Source: Saccostrea echinata (lineage: Eukaryota). From it: DNA of 64,000 nucleotides. The translations under genes and the position numbers were made by a program. Every line of letters begins with the position of its first letter. Within the stretch, counting starts at the first letter, position 1. A model generated the notes under the pieces. It was not told where the DNA came from, ran no database searches, and saw only the letters and a list, made by a program, of their open reading frames with translations. Shown one piece after another: positions 11,790-24,825 of the stretch. Where the stretch lies: assembly GCF_033153115.1 (NCBI RefSeq), contig NW_026889796.1, positions 14,198,001 through 14,262,000 of the forward strand. The letters are read 5' to 3'.

Positions 11790-12760
11790 GAATTTACACA
11801 AGATACAACCCTGCTTATCACCAACATATACGTCATATATTGTGGAGCAGGGACGAGGTTCTTGAAAATACTTTACGGATTATCCGAACCATTTCCTCCC
11901 CATTTCGCTAAAATTATAAATGACAGTTGAATACACTGATGCAAAAAATTATCAACCCATTTCTCAAAATATCTAAATTCTCAGGTGATTTTGCAGTGAA
12001 ACGAAAAGAGCTAAAATCAGTTATCTTATTTGAGATTTAATCAAGCCAGTCCCCTCAAACCTAGCGCCTCTGAAAGAATATGCCTAATTTACGTAGATTA
12101 ATTCATAGACTATATACCATGATCTTAGTTTATCTAAAATTACTTAATAAAGGTACTGATTTATTGTTATTGTGAAGCTGTAGAGTTGGAAAAAAACGAT
12201 GTAATTTTTGTGATACATGGTATGAAATATTGTGAACTTGATATATAGTTCAATTGATATACAAATAATATAGTTAAATTTATAAATTTTTTTTATATTT
12301 GCTATCTGCATTGATTAAATACTAGCACAGTAGTTAAAGTTCCGTATGATACTTTATGCATTAGATAAAATATCAGATTCGAACTAAATTCTTTTTTTAC
12401 CATCGTTTAATTCAAAGATTCTTAAATGCTAATCCGTAAATAGACACATTCATACATACTGTGTAAAGGAAGATATATTGCAATTTCTTAAGGGTTCATG
12501 TCATTGACTGCAGTTAAACACGCGCACTTGGACAGATACTTTAGATACAAAATATAAACTTACATAATTCATTGCTACGACTTTTATCAATAAGAAAATT
12601 TTATACAATGTCCAATATCAGACACCGTACTTGATAAACAATCTAGAATATAAAAAACGAGAACCATTTCAAAGTTCATGTGTTATTAGGTACTAAGTAC
12701 TTTACCTACAAGGACACAAGACTTGAGAAATTCGTTACTTGACGCAAACAGGAGGCATAA
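11790..12760. repeat. Paralogous block to ~38230-39245 (mostly inverted)
   Basis: ggtactaagtacttta...cttgagaaattc...gcaaacagga is the reverse complement of ~38233-38306. aatttacacaaga...ccctgctta (11791) matches 39122 in direct orientation. Confidence 0.65.
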
Positions 12761-14094
12761 GATCGTAAACTGTGACATTACGTCCATTTCCAGATTTTTT
12801 TTTTTTAGTTTTTGTTTGTAAATGTTTTAGAATCACAAGTCAGTCAATAGCGCCACAGTTAAAAAATCAGCGCCATAGTTTCGCTACAGTAAAATATAAG
12901 CACCACAGTAAAATTGTCTTCGTTCAGGAAATTCATAATTCTGAAAATGAAAGTGTGCCGTTTTTCAATGAATTGTTAATAATAAACTGTAAATTTACTC
13001 TAATTAGAGCCCATTACTAGGCTTGCACAATCAATTATTTTCTAGATCCTCGCTGGACTTTACACATGAATGAAGTGAGACAAGCACTCTGTTTTCACAC
13101 TTTCCAACCACATTTACCACACTTGCAAACAAATTAATTACTTAGTTTTTCCTATCAATAGATAACCATGTCTATAAAACTGTATTGAAACTGTGAGCCA
13201 AATATTGTACATGCATAATTGATGCAATGTTGAAAAATACAGGATAGATCCATGAAAAATGATATTGTATGACTCTGAACTGCTATAAATAATTTAATGT
13301 ACATGTTTTATAATACTCCATTCAATTAACACCAATTTTGTATATTTATTTTATATAATTGCAAATATATAACGGTTAGATGCAAAATTGATTGTTTGAC
13401 CACTGGAATTTCGTCTCTCCATTAATGAACATTGTATGTATGTAATTTACCTTTTGCAAACAAACGTATGTTTAAAAAAAATGAGTTTTACCATTTAAAA
13501 CTTTTTATTTGTATTATTATTTATTTTTAAGTACCTACTCAAATGTGTGTGTGTGTGTGGGAGGGGGGAGGGTCACAGTACACTTATTTATAGGCAACAT
13601 TCTTTCTCTACGCTTTGTATACATATATCCACTAATTGTCTTTATTATTATAAAATTTATTTTTCAATTCGTCAAATAAATTACACCATTAATTTGTATA
13701 TTAAGAATAGCGATTCAGAGGAGTTGTGTGTATTTTTCACTTTTATCGATTTTGTTCGCGAAATTTCTTGAAAATTAGCACTTTCCAAAAGTCTTGTGCC
13801 ACAGTCAAATTTGAAATGATGGAGAACCCTGCGACTGACTTTCAAGTGAAACACCTCCCTCCTGAAGACTTGCTTTATATGATAAAACAAGGCTGAAAAG
13901 AACTATCCGTAAACTAATTTTGAAGGAGGAAGCCTAGCTATGAAAGGGGAGGGGACTTGGCTATATAGTAAAGCTTCCCCATAGGAAGTCTATGAATTTG
14001 CCTATGGGTTATAAAATCAAATAGAACTTTTGCTTTTAGTTTTTGGCGCTATAAATATCATTCCTATTACATTTTACAATTTTTTTTGAAAATC

Positions 14095-15288
14095 ATTTTA
14101 TCATACTAAGGAGATAAGGAGCTATATTTATACTAAGATTTTCATATTTAAATTTTTTTAAACATTGCAATATAATGGAGCATTGCAGATTACATTTATA
14201 ATTAACATTCATAAATTTGGAAAGAAACTTTTTCGACTTAATGAGAGAAAGAAAGAGAGCCAGAGCTGGAGCTGAGACTTATTTTTTCAGTTTATTTGCC
14301 ATGTTGCTGAGCTATACAAACTTTAAGGTGCTGTTTGAAATCGGGTATTTTGTAAAAGAGTTATGTGTTGTTTATATTAAAAGAAATAAAGTATTAATGC
14401 TCACAGTAAAGAGAGACCTTTGCTTTTTTAAGTAGTTTGTTACATCACGGTCACTTAAACGTAGATTCTTAGTAGATCCTACTTGATTTGACGTTCATAA
14501 TTGGAACAAAGGATGTCATAACTGCTTTATGAAATATATGGAGATAACGAACAGTATTCAAGCTCAGAAGTCCATTAAACAATACAAAATAGGAGCAGAG
14601 CAAACACGGACCTCCAAAACATCAGAGATGGGATCAGGTATCATTGAGGAGTGAGCATCCCTGCCGACCGGTCACACCCGCCGTGTGCTCCTTGTCATGA
14701 CCGGGAAATAACGGAAAAATCCGTCGACAATTCAGTGTGTAAATAATGGCCTAACAATTAGTATGAAAAACGCCAGTCAGCATTTGACTCAATGATAAAT
14801 TATCTTTGCAGACAAGGTCATTGTATCAACCATAGAACTTACGAAATGATTACTTTAAACGAGACTGCTGATATTCTTGTTTCATCAACTTGTTTGTCAA
14901 TAATTCACCTCGTTTTAGAAATTGTACATACGTAGAGCATACTCTTGCGTATCGAATCAACTGACAGATTTAAACCCCGTTATATGACTTTTATTATTGG
15001 AAAAAGGACGCGTTCTTTGAAAAATCATAAACTTTTTGTCACATCTTAGAGCTTTGATTGAATCCTATATAAAGTATTCTCCACAAACTCATCTTTCAGA
15101 CAGCCAAGATGCATTTCTTTACTTTTAGTTGTTAGAAAAATAGATTATATGTCCACTCAGAGAACGAATAAATTTATTCTTTATCATGTCATTAGAGTGT
15201 CACTAGATTTGGAGCAGGTTAAGCACATAAACTGCACCAAACAATGTGATGTTCTAATATCAAAATTTTATTTTAATATTCTAATTAA
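14095..15288 (+). pseudogene. Disabled copy 4 of the PPPDE-like gene (promoter, exon 1 and part of intron 1 only)
   Basis: Aligns with the upstream region of copies 1 and 2. TATATAAA at 15066 and ATG CAT TTC TTT ACT at 15109-15123, but the donor reads tttagt instead of gtaagt. The promoter is split by a Penelope-like fragment and intron 1 by the 13.7-kb TTAA element. No intact exons 2-4 follow. Confidence 0.8.
14531..14979 (-). mobile_element. 3' fragment of a Penelope-like retroelement (RT thumb at ORF end plus 3'UTR; Naiad-type architecture)
   Basis: Minus frame reads GV*ICQLIRYARVCSTYVQFLKRGELLTNKLMKQEYQQSRLK*SFRKFYG*YNDLVC...NC*. Inserted into the copy 4 promoter with a TTAT duplication (empty site gctttatatgac in copy 2). 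Confidence 0.8.
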
Positions 15289-16496
15289 GAGAGAATGTCA
15301 CGAATCATCAAGCTTACTCAGTGTAATTGATGGAAACTATAAAATTTAAAAATTTCGGGATTTTTGCGTTAATAAACTTCTTTAACAGTTTTATCATTTG
15401 TGGTAAAATTTTGCAATGATTAGCCAACTCGTTTCCATGGTAACCATATATCAAAGTAAGTAAAATACACGCTTTAGAAAAATTCAGAATTAGTCAATTT
15501 GCAGTACTTTTGCATAGTACAACAAATAAAAAATCAATAACTAATAAAAACTATTTTTAAGAAACTAGTATTTTTATATTTTGTCTGCATATGAACAAAA
15601 ACTTTTAAATTTCTATTAGTTTTTCTACATGCACTTAGCCTATTTTTGACCCTGTTTCGGTGACTGAATTCTCAAATCTACAACAAGAAAATAAATAACT
15701 GATGCTATTCTTAAAAAGGTGAACATTATTACTGTATATATCAAAATTGAAATTGAGAAGCATTCTTAAGTGGGCTTAAATTGAAAGGATTTTTTATCAT
15801 ACTGATGGGTACTTTTCCCATCTTTAATTCTCATGAATTACCTCCCTTGGAAGCTCTTCTGTGATAGAAACAAAAAATGTCGGCAACTTTTGGATGTTCT
15901 GGAGCACTGACACAAGGAAAATTCATGTTGTTTCAAGAGGGAAAAAGATTCATAATCTTGTCAACAACAAAACCCTTTCACAAATCAGGTAATACAATTT
16001 AAAAAAAAAAAAATTTCTAAAAGCAGAGCTATATGTCTCTGCTAAAGCGATCACTTTCTTCCTTATCCGAATTTTCTCCATTCATCTCTTTAGTAAAACT
16101 GGTAACTAAATGCATGTAAAATCCAAATGAATTAGTTTCCATTGTTTATTATCCAAAAAACGCCTCACACATTACTTCAATTTATAAATATTTTTCCTTT
16201 TTGCAGAAGTATGCAGAAACATTTATATTCATTTGATGAAAATATTCTAATAACATGAACTGATGAATAATGCACAGCTGATGCAGTGACAATCAAAACC
16301 GACACCTATCGAACTGGTACATGTATGTATTTTCTCTATATTTATTTGTTATTGAAATGCCTAATATATCTATGTACATGTTTTAATCAAAGATTTTTTA
16401 ATCATGATTTAAATTTATTTAACAGTTTAAAATGTTCTTAAAGTGAAACATTAATTTGTATAAATACATTTTTAAAAAAAAAAAAACATTGAAATT

Positions 16497-16808
16497 CAGA
16501 TTGCGGATCAAAGATTTTTTTTTGGCGGTGGATGGAGTGGGAGTGGGGTGTTTTACATTAACTTTAACAGATGCCAAACATAAAAAGTTTGACATGCAAG
16601 AAATTTTTTTAAAAAAAATCCCTGAAAAACCTTTTCAATTTCAGGAGGGGGGGGGGTATGAAAAAATACTTTCTTAAGTCAGTTCTTTCAGATATATTAC
16701 TATACTCGTACTTATCAATATAATAGTAAGAGGGATCCTTATTTCCTCGGCAAAAGTCATTTTACTGTTACTTTTACTATGAAAGTCTGTAGATCAGATT
16801 TGCGCATG
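16497..16808. mobile_element. MITE with 6-bp TSD
   Basis: CAGATTGCGGATC...GATTTGCGCATG flanked by GAAATT on both sides, with G-run-rich interior. Confidence 0.5.
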
Positions 16809-17889
16809 GAAATTGCAAATTGTAATACATAAATTAATTTTTCAAGGTGACAGTGTCAAACTGATTTGTTTTCAGATAAAAGATAATGCATGAATGTATT
16901 ATAAATGTATTTCTATATTTCTTTCCTTTTTTGCTCTACAAAAGCCAAGAAAAACTCTTGTTAGCAGCAGTACAGAATTTCATGTAAATTATACAGGGTG
17001 GGCACTGGCTCTACATGCAGATATATGTACATGTAGTATACACTCTACAGATTCAACAGAATATTTAAAAAATGCTGCTAGCATCTAGAAAAAAGACAAT
17101 TAAGCCTTCTGCAGTTATTCACTGGTATTAGCAGTCATTTATTTTTAAATAGCAAGACTTATTGAATAAGAACTGAAATATAAATCACTACATGTATTTA
17201 TTTATGTCTTCTAATGCTAGGCAAGCTCACCGCAGCTAGTTTTTGCTAAATTTGTAAAAATCAAATAAAACACAATCATAGAGATGAATTATGTCATTTA
17301 TTTAAATGACGGTATAAATGTAAACAATTTAACACACAAGAAGGGGATCAGACTCACAAGCTCTGATTGTAAGTTACGTAAAATATGATAATGTCTGATC
17401 CCCCCAAAAAACGAGTAGAAAAAAGTACATATAAAACAAGACAAACAAAACATCACAAGAAAAAGTTAGCAAAAAGATGGCACATCAAAACAAAATGGGC
17501 CACAAGATGTGATATGCAAGTCACAACAATGCAAGATGTGACATGCAGATCGCATCCGTGCCATCCAAGGTGAGCTTGCGCACAATGAAATTACATTATT
17601 CATATCCAATAACAATTCTGTATGGAAGCAGTTAATCACTGGCCAATCCATTTAATGCATCCGAAAATAATTTATGAACACAATCCAAAACAACAAAAAG
17701 AAAAACTGTATACTAAAATCTACCTTCTGTTAGTCCATGGACAAAAGTTATATACACGACTAGAGCCATAAATATCAATAAGAATACTACATTAACAGTA
17801 GCTAGACTAAGTATATATATATATAAAAAATGTTAAATGAGCCAGCAAGCAAGCTAAGTAAGGGAGATGCTAACAATCTTCGACAGCAG

Positions 17890-18625
17890 CTGTTCACTGA
17901 CCTGTCTCAACCACTATAGGTCTTACTGGGAGTAGAACAAATACATCAGTTAAACACTGGTCTGTATTTGAATTGGGAGTAGAACAAAACAGTAGTTAAA
18001 CACTGACCTGTATTTGAACTACCTACTAGTACTGACTATTTATTGGGAGTAGAAAAAAACAGCAGTTAAACACTGACCTGTATTTGAACTACCTACTAGT
18101 ATTGCCTATTTATTGGGAGTAGAACAAAACAGCAGTTAAACACTGACCTGTATTTGAACTACCTACTAGTACTGCCTATTTATTGGGAGTAGAACAAAAC
18201 AGCAGTTAAACACTGACCTGTATTTGAACTACCTACTAGTACTGACTATTTATTGGGAGTAGAACAAAACAGCAGTTAAACACTGACCTGTATTTGAACT
18301 ACCTACTAGTACTGACTATTTATTGGGAGTAGAACAAAACAGCAGTTAAACACTGGCCTGTATTTCAACTGGGAATAGAACAGTTACATGTAAACACTAG
18401 TCTGTATTTCCACTACCTACTAGCAATTGACTGTCCATAGCGAGCAGAACAAATCAGCTGTTGAACACTGACCTGCATTAAAAACTACTAGTACCTACTA
18501 GCACTTGCCTGTCATTGGGAATAGAACAAAAAGCAGTTAAACACTGACCAGCATTGAAGTAACTACTAGCACCTGACTGTTCATTGGGAGTAGAACAAAA
18601 GAACAGTTGAACACTGATCCGCATT
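17890..18625. repeat. 70-bp minisatellite, ~5 near-perfect plus degenerate units
   Basis: tattgggagtaga at 18041, 18111, 18181, 18251 and 18321. Confidence 0.95.
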
Positions 18626-18756
18626 TAAAATACACTTCAATTACCTAATATATGTATATATATATATATAAGAAAAAAAAAACAAACAAACAAACACGAA
18701 TATCATAGTTAAAGTGAACCCAATAGATCTATGCAACACATTAGAACTGGAGCACC

Positions 18757-18862
18757 TAAAATGATTGATACAGATTTCAAATTTACTATGAGTGGCCAGG
18801 CCTAAACAAAATGATTGATACAGATTTCAAATTTACTATGAGTGGCCAGGCCTAAACAAAAT
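18757..18862. repeat. 50-bp tandem duplication
   Basis: aaaatgattgatacagatttcaaatttactatgagtggccaggcctaaac occurs twice. Confidence 0.9.
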
Positions 18863-19830
18863 GTGCTTGAGAACCAACCTTGCAAGTTATATAGTCTTAG
18901 AAAAATGAGAAATGATATGCGAGTGACATTGGGGCTGTCTATGCATCGAAGGTATTACTAAAATTTCATGAATTTAAGAACGCTTTATACCAGGTATCAT
19001 TGTCCAAGTGATTGGTAATGGCATAGTTTTGAGAATGTCATATTTCGGGGAATATGAGAGTGATGCAATGCTTATAGCATGTATGCTTTTCCAAATGGAT
19101 ATTTGTTAAAACGAGGACAATTTCATGCGGGAAAATTTATTTAAAAATAAGAAATAAAATAATAAGTAGATAAATAAAATTAAATTAAAATAAATAAATA
19201 AATAACCATGAAATAAGAAATACCAGAATTGTCCAACTCATAAAGTTACTTGTAATTTAAAGCTGTAAACCCGAAACTAAAACAATATAAACCATTTCAA
19301 GTTTTTACAGACCAACTTGTTCCAAATGGTAGATAACCTCCATAATGCCTGCATAACTGCTCTTTCACCGTAGAACCGAGAAGGTATTAATCATAAATTT
19401 AACAGCATGCTATGAAATGCCTGTAGAATCTTGCCATAAGGAATCTATTCCTTCAATTACAAATATGTGTTACGATGCTGTTAATATGTTGTTAAATAGA
19501 ATCACCATGATTGTCAGCAATTAAAGAAAAAGGTATGAAAGACTCTAATTATTATATTATTTGAATTCTGTAAACAACGCCCTTGTGAAACACTGAAATC
19601 ATGGAAATGGGGATGCCAAAATTACATTAGTAAATCCCTTAGCAGAAAAATTGGCATTAAAATACACGTTCATATCCTGAGGATGTTCAGAAGTCTTTAT
19701 ATCATTACTATAGACATTATGAGAGCGTAGTTAATTAATAGGGATTTAAGAGTCTAAAATTGTTTAAGCTATCGACTGAGATAATTTAAATTGCAAGTTA
19801 CATAACCCTTATGTTCATCTTCAAATGTTC

Positions 19831-20126
19831 CGTAGTCGCCCGCGTAGCGCAGTGGTTAGAGCGTCTGCTCTAGAGTCGCGAAGTAAGGAGCTGATCCTTA
19901 CGTTGCGGGTTCGAATCCCACTGCGGGACGCGGAGACCGGTCCTTCGTATGAGACCGCATAAACCGAGGTCCCGTGTCGCAGTAGGTGCCGGCACGGAAA
20001 AGATCCCTCACTGCTCAATGGGCCCCAGTGCCAAGTATAGGTCAAAATTTGTAGTCCTCCACCGGCAAGTGGTGGCGTCTCCATATGAGTGAAAAATTCT
20101 CGAGAGAGACGTTAAACAACAATCAA
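19831..20126 (+). mobile_element. tRNA-derived SINE
   Basis: A box TAGCGCAGTGG, B box GGTTCGAATCC, tail gacgttaaacaac(aatc)n, and 10-bp TSD TCAAATGTTC. Four copies in the window. Confidence 0.9.
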
Positions 20127-21829
20127 TCAAATGTTCTTTATGGTGATTTATTGTTTAAGGGATAGGAACCTTTGTTTAACGATACGATTCAAAACTGGCA
20201 TTTCCGGAGATACATATACCAGGACCGAATTTCATTTTTCTAATTTGTAACTTCTTGAGGCAATATCAAAATTAAGAACACTTGTTTTTCTTTCTTACTG
20301 AATAAGCTTACACAAGTAAATTTTATCTGTTGGAAGATATTGTCCCTTTTCAAAATATACATCATTAAGATGTAAAAGCAATTTAATTACATTGAAGTCT
20401 TGATTGCTGATGTCTAATGAAATGAAATTAACTTGTTCTTACTAAATATGCTAGGGGTCGTTTGTGAGAGAACAAAGTAGGTGCAGATTCACATAGTTTT
20501 ACTCCTTCGGTCACCATTGAACCGAGAGATAATTGGACCTGCGTGTGCTTGCTGGGTGTGCTTGCTGACTCACCTATAAGAAATTGACTCTAGTGATCTG
20601 ACTGGTATGGATGCTCTGACAGCCAACAGTGGTGGGACACCTTCTTTATTCGCTGGTTTAGGACATTATCCAACGGTGGCAACAATGCTGCAATTTAGCT
20701 TGTAGATGTGGATCTTATGCAGTTTATTGGATAAAACCTGTTGCTGAGTCAATATTTGTTAAACAGTGCAGTTAAACAATAAACATATGATTTATTGCCA
20801 TTAAATTCATGGCACACAACTCTGCTAGGCTCTCTGGGCTATGAATAATATAGCCATGTTCCCTCAAAACTGGGGCTGCTAGCATGTGGCAAAGTTGCTC
20901 ATTGGTAAGGATGGTTAGACTCTTTCTTATGTTTGTGTGTTCTCGCAAGTTCTTCAGAAGGTATCTGCAACTTAAAAATTAAAATTATATGAATATTTTT
21001 CCAAGTCTAAGGTGTCATACAAAAAGAGGACGCCACAAACCAACAACTGAGTAGTAAACAAAAATCCCCATCATCATGACCATCAAAATAAATGCAACAG
21101 CATTGAACAGAAAGAGTAAACTTCCTATCCTAGACTAACCTTGTTAGCAAATGTATTACAAACATATTGATCATAATAAATTATTAAAACGATGAGAGGA
21201 TCTGCTTTGACTAAATTGGAAGAACTCTACCCATTTGACCAACAGAAAAATTAAATAAATATTGATAAATCAGAGGTAATCTATTTACCCCATTACAAGA
21301 ATAGAATGTCACCCGTGTTAAAATAACACATACTTTGTAGCAAATGGGGGAAATATCATTATACTCTACTAAATATAAACTGTAATCAACATGAAATTAA
21401 TTGTTACCACATAAGGAGGTAATAGAGCATATAAACTTTAAACCAAACCAGTAAAAATATGGATAGCTTCGACCCATATGTCCACATATAAACTCCGTGA
21501 ACACTACGGGTAACTCTGACCCATAGATACGTAAAAACTCTAAACTAGATAAAATCATGCTACATAAGACGCAAATTATGTCGTTATGTGCAAAAACAAT
21601 AGATAACTATGACTCCTTGGTATATATATAAATTTACAAATATAGCACCAAGAAACTCTTTTTAACGTTAGTACGCCAATGCATCACCTATTAAAACCAT
21701 TGATCATGGTAAATTCCCACATCTGACCACAGTTAAAATAACTTGATAAACAAACTCCAACTCAAAAAGTCCAAGAACGACCTAAACTCCGTTACTGGTA
21801 CAAAGAAACACTAAGCCCTGTACTTATCT

Positions 21830-22425
21830 TAAACATGTGGATATGTACATAAAAACAATGAACCCAGATTCCCACACAATAAGTACAATTCAGGCCTAAA
21901 CTCTGTACTATTGCTAAACAACGTGGGTAGGTACAGATATACTTTGTACCCAGACTCCCACACAATAAGTACATATATACGGCCTAAACTCTGTACTATT
22001 GCTAAACAACGTGGGTAGGTACAGATATACTTTGTACCCAGACTCCCACACAATAAGTACATATATACGGCCTAAACTCTGTACTATTGCTAAACAACGT
22101 GGGTAGGTACAGATATACTTTGTACCCAGATTCCCACACAATAAGTACATATATATACGGCCTAAACTCTGTACTATTGCTAAACAACGTGGGTAGGTAC
22201 AGATATACTTTGTACCCAGACTCCCACACAATAAGTACATATATACGGCCTAAACTCTGTACTATTGCTAAACAACGTGGGTAGGCACAGATAAACTTTG
22301 TACCCAGACTCCCACACAATAAGTACAAATAAGGCCTAAACTGCATTATTGTTAAACAACGCGGGTAGGTTCATATATACACTTTGTACCTCTACTTCCA
22401 CACGATAAGTACATAAGGCCTAATC
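21830..22425. repeat. 88/90-bp minisatellite, ~6.5 units
   Basis: taaacaacgtgggtagg at 21915, 22003, 22091, 22181 and 22269. Confidence 0.95.
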
Positions 22426-23391
22426 TCTATATCACATATCAATACTAAACAAACTGGTGGAATAAAAACTCTCTACCATAGTTCTCTACAAGTTCTGTAC
22501 CAAGATTAAACACTATGAGAAACTTTGATTCATATGGTACATATAGATCTGTATAACCATGTCTAAATGACTCATTACAACATAAGACGGAAACCATTGT
22601 CATTATGATAACCGAACAATAGGGCAAAATCTGTTTTATGAAATACTTTTCACAAAACTGCCTGCGTAATTATTAATATTTGGAAAATATTAAATGCTTG
22701 ACACAGAAATTCATATCCTTGCCTTTACTCGATAGCATTGGCTGACAAACTTTATCTATATGACCTTAATATTCATAGCTTAACCCAAGCATAAGCACCC
22801 CACTGTGCAATAAAATGGAATGTTATACTGGCCTTAATAATTAAGACGACTGCATTCCTTGTACATCGAAGAAACTTCCGCAAGGGCTGGTCGTGCGAGG
22901 GGGTGCAGCACAGATGTCCACCATCTGGACCTGATAGCTCAAGTTCTTCCTGAAACCTTAGTGGCACCAAAACTGAATCCCTGATAAAGACTTGGTCAAG
23001 GTCTCCAGCTGCGTATTCGTTTTCACATCAACGCCATCCCGCAGACACTGGCATTTATTATCACAACTCATCGACCAAACAACTCCGTGTCGTCATTGAT
23101 ATAAAAGTATCCGGTTAAAGTCGTTCAATTATCAAATTCACTTATATTATTTCAAAATCTGGAGCAAAACTACGTTTGCTGGAAAAATTAAAATAACCAC
23201 AGAATATTATCACGCGCCATATGTGGGAATCTCCGTCCATCAAATTTATGAAAGAGTGCCAGTCCGAAACACAACACAATATTAATCAAGTCCAATCATC
23301 AGAAAAATATACCCCACATGGGTAATGAAATATCTGTACGTACATGTATGTATGACCCGCGCACATCTACCACCAACACTATCGGTCAAAT

Positions 23392-23871
23392 TGTGACGGG
23401 AGTCCTCCCTGTCACTGGCACTGATTAATAATTACGATTGTTTTTATTTACATAGTTTATTTACATATTTACAACACACGCAATATATTCATAGTAATAC
23501 ACAAAGTTCACAATTATAAGATACATCCACTCTCATTGACTTCCAAACTCATTCTCCCCTCTTGTTATCACATGTTCTCAGGGCATGGCCATACCAAATC
23601 TCTTACTCCCCAGTTTCTCACACAAATCAACCTAATGCTCACTTTCATCTCTCAGAACTCTATCAAACATAATAAACAAACGACAACAGAACTGACACAC
23701 TAACAAATTATAAATTCATGCTTGCTCAACTCTCTTTCTCTCTAACAAGCTAAAATGACACCCATGGGAAACAGGGCTACTACGCCTGCGTCGTGCACCT
23801 GCAACCTTATCAGACCTTCTAACTCTCTCATTTATTTACATTTAATTAACTTGGGGGATAGCTCTGTGACA
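23392..23871 (-). mobile_element. Solo LTR (480 bp)
   Basis: TGTGAC...GTGACA termini, a 4-bp AAAT duplication on both flanks, and AATAAA on the minus strand near its 3' end. Confidence 0.7.
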
Positions 23872-24313
23872 AAATAAACAATAAAATACACTCAAACAGC
23901 ACAAACTGTGCCAGTACTCGACAGTATTTTGCTTTTTGCTTTTCTTTTAACGTCAGATACTCGACAGAATGAGAAAGCACGCCTCCTGGATGACTATAAC
24001 GATCACAAAAAGTTGTAATGTCTTCAAATTAGACGTGCCTCGTGTAAACGGTGGTCAGCGTGCGGGCATCAAAATACAACTGACTCGCTAAGCTGACCAC
24101 GTGACGTTATACCATCCTTGGCTAGGCGAAATTAATTAGTACATTGGCCAAGGCGTGGATCTAAAAATTTTTACAATAAAGGAAGTTTACAAGCATTTAA
24201 GTCTTATAGAATCCTCTACATAAATACCCGCATTAAATACATAAATACAATTATTATTCTAATAATTGTTGTTTTATTTGTTGTTTATGTCTCTGATCAG
24301 AAGAAAAGAAATA

Positions 24314-24448
24314 CTGTAAAATATATATATATATTTTAATTTTGAGGGGTCAAATTTTCAAGGTTTGAGAAAAATATTTAATTTCATGGTTGAAGAAGTG
24401 TGGCATTGTTAAAATTTATAAAACTCCATAAAATTAATGTTTCCACAG
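24314..24448. mobile_element. Short Tc1/mariner-like MITE
   Basis: TA-CTGTAAA...TCCACAG-TA termini. Confidence 0.45.
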
Positions 24449-24825
24449 TACAATACTGCATCATAATATACCTGTATGCCCATGCATGTAAAACCTTCCA
24501 GTAGTGATCACTGACTTTTAATTCCCTCTGTCCATTAAAAAAAAACGTTGCTTAAATGTATTTTATTTCCTCCAATATTTCTCAATTTTCAAGTTAAATG
24601 GATGTGTGTCATAACATTTTGTCATTCACGGAAAAGTCAGTATAATAACAGGCATATTTTCAAGATCAATCCTATAATTATGATTTTTTTATACTTTCAT
24701 AGAGAGAATGAAGAAATTGTATATTGAAACCAGTATCAGTTATATTAGGCAAAGATGGATCTTAAGATAATGTAAGTATATTATCATGTATAATAATTAT
24801 TGTGTTTTTTTTTTTCATTTGCACC

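Noticed and set aside
14826-14829. In-frame TGA in the Penelope fragment as selenocysteine
   Set aside because: Sits at an expected Arg (FYGRY), so CGA>TGA decay is the simpler explanation. Two TAA stops are also present.
17890-18625. CRISPR-like regular array (also 21830-22425)
   Set aside because: The whole unit repeats with no unique spacers, there are no cas genes, and the context is eukaryotic. These are minisatellites.
19835-19928. tRNA gene
   Set aside because: tRNA-like head with an extended, non-cloverleaf middle, attached to a SINE body, tail and TSD.
19821-20084. Recurring METPPLAGGGLQ ORFs (also 41174, 59375, 60309)
   Set aside because: Antisense readings of the SINE, with frames differing between copies.
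21792-22346. Overlapping Cys/Tyr-rich ORFs
   Set aside because: Products of the 88/90-bp tandem repeat. The 88-bp unit is not a multiple of 3, so frames shift between units.
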